IMG/VR virus record: IMGVR_UViG_3300035492_000180
Span: 1,353 to 65,352 of that record
Reading direction: 5' to 3' (one strand)
DNA length: 64,000 bases
DNA from: a virus
The position numbers were made by a program, and so were the translations under genes. Below are positions 10,141 to 21,177 of this stretch, piece after piece. The first letter of the stretch is position 1. Every line of letters begins with the position of its first letter. The notes beneath the pieces were generated by a model. The model had not been told where the DNA came from, ran no database searches, and saw nothing but the letters and a program-made list of their open reading frames with translations.

Positions 10141-10310
10141 CAAAACAAGATTTCAACTATAAATGGAACGCCATCGGAAAACCTGATGGCCGATGGTTAG
10201 AAATTCTCTCTTAAAGGTTTAAAGTGGATTTTAATACACTTAAGAAATATTTGGCATCGTCTGCGTTCTTGTCTTTAATTTTTACCGGGAACTCTTGGGA
10301 AGTTATTTAA

Positions 10311-10457
10311 ATGCCGTTGAAACGAAAAATGATGGACGAGCTTAAAAAGAGATATGGTGAAGACCGTGGCGAAGATGTTTATTTTGCCCTAGAGCAGAAA
10401 CAAAAGAACAAAAAGAAGAAGTCAGTCCGTCAGCCAAAAGATCGTTCTTATAGTTAA
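10311..10457 (+). CDS. small basic protein (48 aa, missing from ORF track)
   Basis: Manual translation: MPLKRKMMDELKKRYGEDRGEDVYFALEQKQKNKKKKSVRQPKDRSYS. Confidence 0.5.
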   Translation: MPLKRKMMDELKKRYGEDRGEDVYFALEQKQKNKKKKSVRQPKDRSYS

Positions 10458-10515
10458 TCAGAGATATTAGGATCAAAGGAGATTCTTATGTATGCATGAC
10501 TAACAAGGAGTTAAT

Positions 10516-10884
10516 ATGCACGACACCTTAGTGTCAATAACAGCAGCCGGAGGTGTCACTGTCTTCGGAATTGCTACAGGGCTACAGCCCGAGTTGTTGG
10601 TTGCAGGCGCTGCAGGAGGTTGGTGGGCAATGAGCTATCAACCTCCTATTAAGCCTTTTACAAGAGCAAACAGAATTATTGTCTCTGCTCTAGTAGCTGC
10701 ATGGCTTACGCCATTGACTATACACTTACTGAATAAGTACGTCGAAGATATTCCGACAGTAGCCTCTTTATCTGTGGCACTATGTGTTGGTCTCGTAACT
10801 ATTGACGTTCTCGGTTCAGGTTTTATGAGAATTGCCAAAAAGTTGCTTACAAGGGCAGCAAAAACTCAGCAGGAGGAGACATGA
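10516..10884 (+). CDS. putative holin
   Basis: Several hydrophobic segments and a basic C-terminus; first gene of the lysis cluster; AAGGAG RBS. Confidence 0.65.
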   Translation: MHDTLVSITAAGGVTVFGIATGLQPELLVAGAAGGWWAMSYQPPIKPFTRANRIIVSALVAAWLTPLTIHLLNKYVEDIPTVASLSVALCVGLVTIDVLGSGFMRIAKKLLTRAAKTQQEET

Positions 10885-11174
10885 TTCCAGAACCGCTGAT
10901 CTTCCCATACCAGCTTTTGGTATTTTTCTTGTGTATCTTTATAATTCTGAAAGCCGAGCCTATTCTTGGAAGAATGAATAAAGAGACCTCTTTCTATATA
11001 CGAACGAGTATCTGGATTTTTCTTGTAGGCGCACTGACACAGATATTTGCATTAATTCAAGGACGTGTCCCTGAGCTGACAGCGACTATAATATTTGTCG
11101 GTGTTGCCTTCTTTCTTGGATCAGAGCGAAGAAATATCTTAAAGTCTCACATAGGTATTGAACATGCAAAATAG
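10881..11174 (+). CDS. membrane protein (holin/antiholin candidate)
   Basis: Three hydrophobic segments; lies between the holin candidate and endolysin. Confidence 0.55.
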   Translation: MIPEPLIFPYQLLVFFLCIFIILKAEPILGRMNKETSFYIRTSIWIFLVGALTQIFALIQGRVPELTATIIFVGVAFFLGSERRNILKSHIGIEHAK

Positions 11175-11775
11175 ACTTACAGCCGAACAACTTCGTCTTT
11201 CTGTCGGATGCACGTTGGCAAATGCAACAGTATTTGTTGAACCTATTAACATTACTCTTGAACGTTTTGAGATAAATACACCAGAGAAAATAGCTATGTT
11301 TCTGGCTCAAGTAGGCCATGAATCAGCAAGCCTCTCCGCTGTTGTTGAAAACCTGAATTACTCTACAACTGGATTAAGAAATATCTTCCCCAAGTACTTT
11401 CCTACAGATGATATTGCAGCTTCCTATGCTCGCAATCCCATAAAGATTGCTAACAGAGTTTATGCAAATAGGTTAGGCAATGGACCAGAAACTTCTGGTG
11501 ATGGCTGGAAATTCAGGGGCAGAGGTCTTATTCAAATTACAGGAAAAGACAACTATACAAGGATGTCTAAAGCACTTGATATCGATTGTCTAAATCATCC
11601 AGAAATTCTTGAGTCACCTTTGTATGCAGCTTTATCTGCAGGACAATACTGGGAATGGAGAGACTTAAACAATATCTCTGACGTTCAAACAGTCACAAGA
11701 AAAATAAATGGAGGCCTCAATGGTCTATATGACAGGACTGCTAGGTATCAAAAAGCTATCCGGCTTTTTGCTTAG
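11164..11775 (+). CDS. glycoside hydrolase family 19 endolysin
   Basis: AMFLAQVGHES, FRGRGLIQITGKDNY and VTRKINGG motifs. Confidence 0.9.
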   Translation: MQNRLTAEQLRLSVGCTLANATVFVEPINITLERFEINTPEKIAMFLAQVGHESASLSAVVENLNYSTTGLRNIFPKYFPTDDIAASYARNPIKIANRVYANRLGNGPETSGDGWKFRGRGLIQITGKDNYTRMSKALDIDCLNHPEILESPLYAALSAGQYWEWRDLNNISDVQTVTRKINGGLNGLYDRTARYQKAIRLFA

Positions 11776-12157
11776 CAAGGGAGGTTTTTATGTTATTCTC
11801 GTTCTATTGGCCATATCTTTATCTTTCTGGACTGGCTACAAGTTCGCTTCAGCATCTTACGAGAAAGAGCTTAGAGAATACGAAGAGCGTATTGGAGCTA
11901 TTGCCGAAGCAATCAGTAAGTCTCAGAACGAAGCTGTTGAGCGACACAATAAAGAACTTGAAAATGAACGAAAACGCTTCCTTCGAAGTCAAGAAAAAAG
12001 CGCCGCTATTTTATCTCAGACCAAAAGGCTAGTAGATGAAGCACGTCTTAGTAATAACACTTGGTCTGATTCTCAGCGGATGCGCCTCAAAGAGCTCTAC
12101 CATATTTATGGATACGACGAAGCCGGGAAGAGTAATCCCAACGGAATGCTCAATTAA
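11708..12157 (+). CDS. i-spanin (Rz-like); exact start uncertain
   Basis: N-terminal TM helix (VILVLLAISLSFWTGY) followed by a coiled coil; downstream of endolysin. Confidence 0.75.
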   Translation: MEASMVYMTGLLGIKKLSGFLLSKGGFYVILVLLAISLSFWTGYKFASASYEKELREYEERIGAIAEAISKSQNEAVERHNKELENERKRFLRSQEKSAAILSQTKRLVDEARLSNNTWSDSQRMRLKELYHIYGYDEAGKSNPNGMLN

Positions 12158-12278
12158 GTGTGAAGACCCTCCTTCTTTGTCGATTGCTCCAGACGAGTGG
12201 GAAGTAAGTATCTTCATGTGGGGCGCATCATGCAAGAGACTTCATGATCTTTGTGTTAAAAATTTAATTGGAGAGTGA
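12036..12278 (+). CDS. o-spanin (Rz1-like lipoprotein)
   Basis: Lipobox LILSGC, Cys/Pro-rich; overlaps the 3' end of the i-spanin in another frame. Confidence 0.8.
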   Translation: MKHVLVITLGLILSGCASKSSTIFMDTTKPGRVIPTECSIKCEDPPSLSIAPDEWEVSIFMWGASCKRLHDLCVKNLIGE

Positions 12279-12279
12279 A

Positions 12280-12639
12280 ATGGGCAAAACTATTCAAGCG
12301 CCTAAAGTGAGTGTTCCTGTCAGCGAGGGTCTTTCTGCTCCTCAAGAAGCTCCTGAAGAAACTAAGTCTATTGAAAACGAGCTCAATCAAGCAGTTGAAA
12401 AGACTGACGTAAATGAAATGGAAAGCTCTGACGATGGTGAAATCGAAGGTGATGATGAAAATGATGAAGATGGTATGCCTTTGTTTTCTAAAACCGAGTG
12501 CAATCCTTCAAACTGGATAATGACTCCGCAAGATAATGGAGAAATCTTGTTCAGAAATAGCTTAACAGGCCGTACAATGGAAGGGAATATGAAGGATTTT
12601 AACGAGTTCATGCGTCTTAGTGTGAGTGTAAACGAGTGA
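12280..12639 (+). CDS. acidic hypothetical protein
   Basis: D/E-rich ORF upstream of portal; GGAG RBS. Confidence 0.6.
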   Translation: MGKTIQAPKVSVPVSEGLSAPQEAPEETKSIENELNQAVEKTDVNEMESSDDGEIEGDDENDEDGMPLFSKTECNPSNWIMTPQDNGEILFRNSLTGRTMEGNMKDFNEFMRLSVSVNE

Positions 12640-12646
12640 GGTAAGA

Positions 12647-14203
12647 ATGCCTGTAAATGCTATCCAGCAGCATAAAACTGTTGCTGATCCAATTGCACCA
12701 TACGAGAGCATGCTTCCTATTTGGCGCAGGAACCGTGCAATATGTGGCGGAGAGAGATTTGCAAAAGAGTATGACAATTTGCTGGATGTGCGCAGGTTTC
12801 AAAACTTGCTTGTCCCTTTCTCCACTAACATGTCTCAAGAACAGTTCAATTTCTTTAAAGCAGAAGCTGAGCTGCCTGGTATTACTTCTGAGTATGCCAA
12901 AATGATTGTTGGAGGCCTGTTAAGGAAGAAGCCTCAACTTTCTCTTGCTAAAGGTGTCCCCAAAGAGGCCATGAACTGGCTAATTAATGACTTTGGTATT
13001 GATGGAACTTCTTTGTCTATTTTCCTTGACGGTGTTCTGTGGGAAGAAATGCAGACTTCTCGTTGTTGGATACAGGTGGATTACCCTACTGTAGAGAATA
13101 TGGATAATATGACAAAAGAGGACTTCGCAGAATTACGCCCTTATCCGATCAAGTGGAACGCTGAATCTATCGTTAACTGGTCCACGGCAAGAGACAGCAA
13201 AGGCAGAACAATGTTGTCCCGTGTAATCATCAGAACTTATGAAGAAGAGTTCAGGACAAATGAGTTTCATGCAGATTTGATTGATACTGTCTATGTTCAT
13301 GAGCTTGTGGACGGTCTGTATCAGATTCGCAAGTTCCAATCAGCTGCTCCAGCTACTGTTGAAGTAGTTAATGGCCAGAAACAAACAAAATATGAGCAAC
13401 AAGGAAATACCTTTGAATTAGTGTCTATAAATGATACAATCCTTGTTAATGGAAAGAGATTAGATTTCATTCCTATCTGGCCTGCTAACGGAAATATTGA
13501 AGTTATCGAGCCGCTTCTTACTCCGATCATTGACAAAGAAGTAGCTCTTTATAACAAAATTTCTCGCAGGAATCACTTGTTATATGGAGCATCTACGTAT
13601 ACCCCGTGGATCTCGTCTGATATGTCAGAAGAAGATTTCGGAGAAATTGTAGACAAAGGTCTTGGTACGTGGATTCGGCTACGGCAAGGCGATGCTATTG
13701 GTGTTCTTGCAACACCATCAGAGCCTCTAGCTGACATGGAAAAGAGTATCGCTTCCGCTATTGAAGAAATGGCGCGTCTTGGTATTCGAATGCTGTCTCC
13801 TGAAGTTGAGCAATCTGGCGTGGCCTTGCAACTACGTAATGCATCTCAGACAGCTAAGCTAGGTACGTTGAATATGCGAATCTCTACTGTGTTCCAGGAT
13901 ATTCTGGCCTTCATGCTTAATTGGAGATACGGTTTGGAGTTGAAAGCTGAAGATATTAATTTCAGCTTGTCGGATGACTTCAGTCCTGTTCCTCTCGGGG
14001 AAGGCTGGCTTCGTCTTGTTACAGAGTGGTACGAGGGCGGCCTTATTCCTCGTAGTGTGTGGCTCAGCTTACTTAAGCAAAATGACATCATTCCTCCAGA
14101 ATATGATGATGACTTTGGCAAAAAAGAGATTTTGGAAGATGAAATGATAGTCTCAAGGGCTGAGCAAAATGCTCAGGATGCTGCATTAAATTCTGCTTAC
14201 TAA
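12647..14203 (+). CDS. portal protein
   Basis: 518 aa; pattern like DUF4055-type siphovirus portals; position before the MuF-domain and scaffold genes. Confidence 0.8.
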   Translation: MPVNAIQQHKTVADPIAPYESMLPIWRRNRAICGGERFAKEYDNLLDVRRFQNLLVPFSTNMSQEQFNFFKAEAELPGITSEYAKMIVGGLLRKKPQLSLAKGVPKEAMNWLINDFGIDGTSLSIFLDGVLWEEMQTSRCWIQVDYPTVENMDNMTKEDFAELRPYPIKWNAESIVNWSTARDSKGRTMLSRVIIRTYEEEFRTNEFHADLIDTVYVHELVDGLYQIRKFQSAAPATVEVVNGQKQTKYEQQGNTFELVSINDTILVNGKRLDFIPIWPANGNIEVIEPLLTPIIDKEVALYNKISRRNHLLYGASTYTPWISSDMSEEDFGEIVDKGLGTWIRLRQGDAIGVLATPSEPLADMEKSIASAIEEMARLGIRMLSPEVEQSGVALQLRNASQTAKLGTLNMRISTVFQDILAFMLNWRYGLELKAEDINFSLSDDFSPVPLGEGWLRLVTEWYEGGLIPRSVWLSLLKQNDIIPPEYDDDFGKKEILEDEMIVSRAEQNAQDAALNSAY

Positions 14204-14213
14204 GGAGAGCCTT

Positions 14214-14703
14214 ATGGTCTCGCAAGAAACTCGTCGTAAAATTTCAGAAGCCTTGAAAGCCTATTACGCAGGCAAAGGCAGCTCTAAGTCTAGGGCAAAA
14301 GAAGCTGCTGCCACGGTCAGGTCTGGTGGTCGTTCTGCTGCCACTGCTGTGGAAAAACAAGGTCCGCTCTGTTGGTGCTAAACTTACCAAGACCAAGGTA
14401 GACGATGTAACTACCGCTGCTGGTAATGTGAAACGTAGTGTTACAACTTCTGCGAAGAATATTGCAGACAAGGCCAGTGCAAAGGCTGGTAGCGTAGCTG
14501 CTGGTATTAACGCAGCAAATCCCGCAGCTAAGGAGGCAGCAAAGAGTCTTAAAGCAGATGCAAAAACAGCTGTGAAAAAGGTTCTTGACAAGACCACTCT
14601 TGATGAGAAAGCTATTGAGCTTTACAAGAAGGCAAAAAGCAAGGTCACTAAGAAACCTACCGCTTCTGCCAAAGGGACTGTTCCTAAGACCTATCGAACT
14701 TAA
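14214..14703 (+). CDS. K/A-rich histone-like basic protein split by an apparent +1 frameshift at ~14351
   Basis: ATG 14214 after AAGGAG reads MVSQETRRKISEALKAYY..ATAV and stops at 14381; the K/A-rich sequence continues in the +1 frame (KNKVRSVGAK..) from GTGGAAAAAC. Confidence 0.6.
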
Positions 14704-14721
14704 TTAAATGGAAGCCTGTAA

Positions 14722-17700
14722 ATGAGCAATAAACCTGCCAATAATGTTAATACCGAAATCTATGATAAGGTTGTAGATCGAGCAGCAATTAATCGCCTCT
14801 ACGAAGCAGGCACTTCCAAAAAGCTCACTACAATACTGGATGAGCATAGTAAGCGTATCAATAAAATTATTCTCGAAACACCGTCTAGAGAAGAAGCGAA
14901 AAAGCTCATTGATAAGGAGATCAAGAGAGCCTTTGGTGAATTGTATACTACAAATGCCAGGGCTCTCACTGATCTAGCAATGGATCAAATGAGCTATACC
15001 TATCAGACATTGGAAACCTCTTTGTCTAATATCTGGCGAACACAGAAACCAGCAAGAAGCGTTGCTGAGAATATTGTACTTGAGAGGCCACTTTACAACG
15101 ATCAAACGTTATTGCAAGGGTGGTCTTCTATTTCTCTATCTGAAAAGAAAAGAATTGAGCTTGCCATTCGTAAAGGCATCTCTCAAGGTATGAATGAAAA
15201 GGAACTTGCTTTGCTAATAAGACAAAGCAACCTCTTTAAAATTACCCAAAATCAGTCTTTTGGTTTAGCAAGAACGGCGATGACTTCTGTCTATGCACAG
15301 GCAGATCACGAAGTGTATAAAGCCAATGCTAAAGCCTTAAGAGGCTATGAGTATGTCGCAGTTTTAGATAGTCGAACAACAGACACCTGTGCAAGGCTTG
15401 ATGGAAAAATATTTGAGATTGGTGACACTAAGCACCTTCCTCCTCAGCATTGGCATTGTAGAAGTACGACTATTCCTGTCGTTAAAAGCTATGACGATCT
15501 CGCTAGTCTGGAAAACGTAGCTCAAATTCGTAAGCGGAACCTAGAAGGTCTTTCTAAAGAAGAGATTGCTCGTTATGACGGTATGACGCCTTTAAAAGAG
15601 AGCTATTCTGATTGGCTTCTTCGTCAACCTCAAGATGTTCAGCTCAAGCATCTTGGAGACTTGAACAAAGTTGAGGCATTCCAACAGGGGCTTTTGTCTG
15701 TTGATAAGTTTCAAGAGAATGGTCGCACTATTGGAATAAAGAAGCTAAGAGAGCTCACTGATCCTGACTATGGCATCCCCGGCGATACACGTAGGTTTGC
15801 TTTTGCGAAACAGAAGCTTGATGCTATTAAACTAGGTGCAGCATCTCCTGATGATTTTTATAGTGACCCGGACCTTGTAAAGAATTTGCGAGAATATTAT
15901 GTACTGCAAGCAGGAGAATTGGATGGAACACTTAGTTACACTAATTTTCGAGGCAATCTGCTACATACCAAGAGAGCTACTCGGAAACGAGTCTTGACAT
16001 CACCACCAACAGAAGATCAGCTGAAGTTTAACCCAATTACAGGTAGATACGAGGATGTCCGTCTTTATCAACCTATGCCAGCTGTTCTTCAGAACAATCT
16101 TAGACAAGTAAGAGAATCTGAGAAGCTTTTACCACAAGACAAAGAGTTCATCGAGAACTTCATTGATAGTCTTGAGCATAGAATGTCTGTCAATGAAAGA
16201 GCTGTTGTTGCAGATAATCTGCGGATCACTTTTTCAAGATTCCGAGAAAATGGAGAGTTGTGGCAAAACTTCAAGGCAGTGTCTAACTCTCAGATGAAGT
16301 TCGATGTGATGAACGTGTCGGAATACATGGAGACTCAACTTCGTCGCGATTCTGACTTGTTTAACAAGCTTAAGAAGATGGAGTACTTTGACCCTGTTCT
16401 TGGTGCTTCCTCTTTTGACGATTTGCATGACAATTTTATTAATAACATCTTTGAAATGCGTGAATGGGAGTACAAACAACTACCGAAGATTGCTAAGAAG
16501 CTTCAAGGGGCTGCAGCTAAAATCATTGACACCAAGATTCCTATGAAGATCAGGGCAAGATTGGACGATAATGATCTCGAAGACTTCTACCTGAAGTTTG
16601 CAAAGATGCTTGCTGCCTCAGATACACCTGACCGTGATCAGATGGCTATTGCACTCGGTAGATCACTCTATAATGCTGCTAATTATCGAGGAAGTCGTAA
16701 TGAGTGGTATAATCTTGGAGTTAAGATCCTTGATAGCGCCAAAGATAAGGGTTTCTATGAAGTAGAAACTTTTGGTGTGCAGAAACGGCGTATGAAGAGC
16801 CGAATGGGTGGAAACTACTTCGGTCCGGCATATGATACTATGTCTTATAACATTCGAGTTGTTGATCCGTCTATTAACAAGTATGCAAAGCTTGTTCGCT
16901 CTGTTGAAGTAGGTATGCGAGTACCTGCTACAAAGCTAGAAAATCGTCTTTTTGTTAGAGAAGGTTTCAAGACGTACTTCGACTATAGAAACCGTGACAC
17001 AGGTATTCCTATCATTTCTGCTGACTCTGTTAAGTATTTTCCAGCTAGCATGATTGATGAGAACATGACAAAGGCTCTGAATCAAGCGGGTGGATCACAG
17101 TTTAAAGTAGACCAAGAGTTTCATGATGCGATTGAGCGCCTTCTGTTCTTTAAAGATGACAGAGGTAAGGCTGCCTATTACGATGACTTGAACCACTATC
17201 GTAAGTATATTGCGTCTCGTGGTGACAGCTATGAACGTTTCAAGGCAATGAAGTGGCTTAGAGACAAGGATGCAGCATTCACTAACAATCCTTTCTTGGA
17301 TCATCGTGGTCGTATCTATGATCGCGGCTTTATAAGTCCGCAGGCAGGAGAAAGCTTTCGTCCGTTTTTGTCTACAGCAATCGAAAAGAATTTCTCTAGA
17401 CAAGAGTTCCTTCATATGCAAGATCATATTGGTTCTTTTTTAGGCGGTCTGTCTGATAAACTTGAGGGTGAGTTCAATGGGCTTACTGTTCTAGGTCGTC
17501 AGAAGATTGCACAAAAGTGGCGAAAAGATATGGTACAGATAGGCAGACACTTGCGTAGAGGTAAACCTGCAGACTTGCGTGCTGTGCTAGAGCATCCTCT
17601 TACTCTTGAAATTGATGGAGAAGAGCAGGGAAAGTTCTTCAGATTTGCAGTTGAAATGGCAAAGATTGACGATTTCCTTGAAGGCAAGTACGACACCAAG

Positions 17701-20700
17701 AGTCTTGAAAAACTTTCTAATTACAAGATTGGTCTGGCGCTCGAGCAAGATGCTTCCTCTTCAGGTGCTCAGATTATTGCCTTAACAACAAAGAATAAAC
17801 AGCTAGCGGAGCTGTCTAATGTTGTGCCGACAAATCAGAAAAAGCGTTTGTATGACATTATTGCAAACATGACATATAATGATCCGCGCTTTAAGAAGCT
17901 TAATGAGAAACTTGGTCTTACCGAGAAAGATCTCAGAAAGGCTTGAACGAAGGCCTTTTAAAACTGGGTGAATTCAGGGAAACACTTTTAAAGTCAATCC
18001 TGAGCCAAGCTTAGATAGGTAAGCCTATCTTTGAAGGTGCAACGACTAGACCGAAAGGTCGTAGGGTACAAGCGATTGGTACTCGAAGCGCCCAGCCCTG
18101 ATATTTATCAGGTGATGATATAGTCTGGTCTGCATGGTGACATGCAGCAATGCTCCTGCGCTAACTGGAGTTTGAAAATGGAACTTTTCAAGTTCATTGA
18201 AGATACAGAAAATGTTTATTCTGTATCAAATTATGGTCGTATTAGAAACAATACGACCGACTATATTTTAAAACCATTTATTACAGAAAGAGGCTATTTC
18301 CAAGTAGCTATTCAATTTTCATCAAGACCTAAAAGAATTACAATTGATGTTCATAGGCTTGTTGCAAGGCATTTTATTGAAAACCCTTTATGCAAGCCGT
18401 ATGTAAATCATATTGATGGAAACAAGTTAAACAATTATAGCACTAATTTGGAATGGGTCACACCAAAAGAAAATAATAACCATGCTGTTAAACTAGGTTT
18501 GATAAAGTCTGGAGAGGGCTCTTATTTAGCAAAGCTTTCCGAAAAAGATGTTTTAACTATAATCGACCTTCTGAGAGAGGGTCAAAGAAATATAGATATC
18601 GCAAGATTGTATGGTGTGGAACACAATACAATAGATGATATTAGATGCAATAGAACTTGGCGTTATATTGAACGTGATCCGATTCCTGGAAACGGTCCTA
18701 AAAAGAAATTGGTTGAGGAAGATATCTTCACTATCAGAGAAATGTTTCTGAAAGGTTTCTCCAATAGAAAGATTGGGGGTATTTTTGGAGTAGCGCCAGC
18801 AACTATTGACCAAATACGTAAAGGTAATACCTGGAAGGGTGTTGGAATTAAGTAAATAATTTGCAGGAGCATTGGGCTTGTTTTAGCGCAACAAGCTTAA
18901 CACAAACGTCTAAAAACAAAATTATGGTTTCTCTTTATGGCGCAGGTGAACGAACCGGTATTATCAATGTAGAAGGAAAGCTAGCCAAGGTTCTTGAGAA
19001 AGATTCAGGACGTCTTGTTATTAAAGCGGCTGAAAGAGACTCTATTCTAGATCAAATTAGTGCAAGAGCAGCGAGATACAAGGACATTGATACAGACATC
19101 TACGATGAGCTAATGCAGCTTCGAAAAGATGTACGCGATATCTTTAACAAAGGTCTAACACCTGGAGATGATATTCTTGATCAGCTGTACTTCCTGGACC
19201 CTCAAACAAGAGATTTTGTCGAGAAATTAACAAGACAATATGACAGTGTTGTCACTCCTGATGACTTCAAACAGATTGCATCGATAATGAGCGAGTACAT
19301 GGGTGATGAAGTCCCTATTCTAAAGGACTTTACTCGCTTTTTTGGCAGGCTGGCTCAGGACTTTGTAATTCATGCCAAACCATCTGACGCCGTACTTGAT
19401 TGGAAGGCTATAGCAACTGAGCAGATTAGAGGCTCTCGCTACATGGGTAAGAAATTACCCAGACCTCTTGCTTTGGCGCTTGGGCTAAACCCTGATGAGC
19501 CTTTCAAGGAAGCTGTTCTGAAGAGGTTTTCATGGTACAACCCAAATAGCACTTGGTCTGATCTGCTGTTTGGTATGAGAAAGTCTGACTTCAGAAACAC
19601 AGGAGTAAAGAAGAAGTTTCTTGAAATTGAGTATCCAACAATTAAATTTACAAAAGGTGGTATTACTACTTCTGGTGGAAAAGTTACATTAGGCGAGTGG
19701 TCTTTCGGACAACCAGGTAATTTACCTAAGAATTGGACTCAGATACCTTGGGTTAATTTTGATGGTAAAGTTCTTGAGCAGAGGTTTACACAAACCTTTG
19801 AAGAAAGACTACGTTATCGAGATGCTGATGGTAATTGGGTAACAAACATCATCCAAGTGAACCAGAAGACAGACCCTTCGTGGTGGGAAGAAGTTCTCGA
19901 CAAAGGTGGTAAGATTAATGATATTGTCGATGCAACAAAGGCAAGAACATCTTATCCTGTGAATGCAAACCATAGTAATGATGCAACACTTGTCAAGAAC
20001 TTCCACTTGTGGGGTGCAGAAAACAACATTACAACTTCTACTATTCACGATAAGGGATTGTCGTGATTAAACCGGGTTAATTGCTGGAAAAACCTTATTG
20101 GGTCAATCAGCAGCCAAGCTTAGATGGCGACATCTTTGAAGGTTCAACGACTAGGATACACGAACTCTCTGAGTTTATGAAATCCGTAGAAATCAAGTGA
20201 TTTCGAAACGCCCGGAAGACATAATGTCTTAAGATATAGTCTGAACTGCATGGTAACATGCAGATGTTATTTATAGAGGGTACTATGGAAGAAAATTGGA
20301 AAGCTTATAACAAGTACTATGAGATTAGTGATCGAGGTCGTGTAAGGAATTCAAAAACTGGTCATATTCTTGCGCAGAATGTTAACGGCGGAGGATACTG
20401 GTATGTAACTCTGAGCCGGCCTACGAAATATAATCTTACTGTACACAGAGGCATGGCTATCCTATTTATTCCAAATCCTTTTAATAAAGCTCAGGTCAAT
20501 CATATCAATGGTAATAAGTTAGACAATTCTCTTGAAAATCTAGAATGGGTTTCTCAAGAAGAAAATCTAAAGCATGCTGTCGATAATAAGTTAATGCCTC
20601 GAGGCACTTCTAGCTACCTTGCTAAATTGGATGAAGAGAAAGTGGAAGCCATACGTATATCTCTTTCAGAAGGTGTTATGCAAGCTACTCTCGCCAAAGA

Positions 20701-21126
20701 ATACGGTGTGGATAGAGGAACAATTTCCGGAATAAAGCTAGGGAGAACTTGGAAGCATGTAAGACCTGATCTCTATAAATAACTGGCAGAGAGTAACGAA
20801 CTCTGTTGAACATACTGGCCTTCTTTACCAATGCAGCAGATATGACAGCAGCGAAGAATGCTTTAAGAAAGCTCTATGCTGATACTTTGGATAGCAACGT
20901 CACTCTGGCAACGTTAAATGAGATGCGTGCGAGAGGTCTGCCTCAACATTTATATGATCAATATCTGAACGAAGCAATGGATAAGGGAATTATCCCTGTA
21001 CCCGGTCGTTCTATTGTCGGTGGGAAGGTTCTTCGGATTGAGGACATTCTTACAAAAGAAGATATCATGAAGGCTCTACCGCCTGACTACACCTCAAACA
21101 AGAGCTTCTATGGTGTAGGCGGGTAA
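14722..21126 (+). CDS. MuF/SPP1-gp7 head morphogenesis domain fused to a T7-like single-subunit RNA polymerase; spliced join(14722..17943,18909..20051,20818..21126), ~1557 aa
   Basis: MuF motif YVAVLDSRTTDTC..PPQHWHCRS; DHRGRIY; motif A EQDASSSGAQ; spliced motif B RKA|SKNKIMVSLYG (R-x3-K-x3-M-x3-YG); PVNANHSNDA; spliced motif C TIHD|AFF. Confidence 0.9.
17944..18908 (+). ncRNA. group I intron 1 (965 nt), in motif B of the MuF-RNAP
   Basis: P1 aaaggcU/Ggccuuu; P3 ctgggtg/cgcccag; P4 ttcagg/cctgag; P7 gacta/tagtc; AGATATAGTC-like S element; terminal G at 18908; splicing restores frame and motif. Confidence 0.92.
18178..18855 (+). mobile_element. intron-encoded HNH homing endonuclease (NUMOD4-HNH plus two HTH-like repeats)
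   Basis: YSVSNYGRIR, VHRLVA, VNHIDGNKLNNYSTNLEWVT; inserted after P9. Confidence 0.9.
20052..20817 (+). ncRNA. group I intron 2 (766 nt), directly after the catalytic Asp of motif C
   Basis: P1 ucacgaU/Gucguga; P3 ccggg/cccgg; P4 ttgctg/cagcag; P7 gacta/tagtc; terminal G at 20817; spliced IHD|AFF. Confidence 0.92.
20285..20782 (+). mobile_element. intron-encoded HNH homing endonuclease
   Basis: YEISDRGRVR, VHRGMA, VNHINGNKLDNSLENLEWVS; one C-terminal HTH-like module. Confidence 0.9.
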
Positions 21127-21134
21127 TAGGTTTA

Positions 21135-21167
21135 GAGGGTGCACCTTAAGACACCCTCATTCATTTT
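21135..21167 (+). terminator. intrinsic terminator-like hairpin after the MuF-RNAP gene
   Basis: gagggtg-loop-caccctc followed by attcatttt. Confidence 0.45.
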
Positions 21168-21177
21168 AAGGATAATT

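Noticed and set aside
18861-20066. ORFs 18861, 20806, 43355 and 44829 as independent genes
   Set aside because: They are exons. Their apparent starts lie in intron 3' ends or inside the exon, and splicing joins them in frame
14722-21126. N4-type giant virion RNAP orthologue
   Set aside because: Much shorter than N4 vRNAP, has a MuF N-terminus, and no N4-style hairpin promoters were recognised; treated as an analogue only
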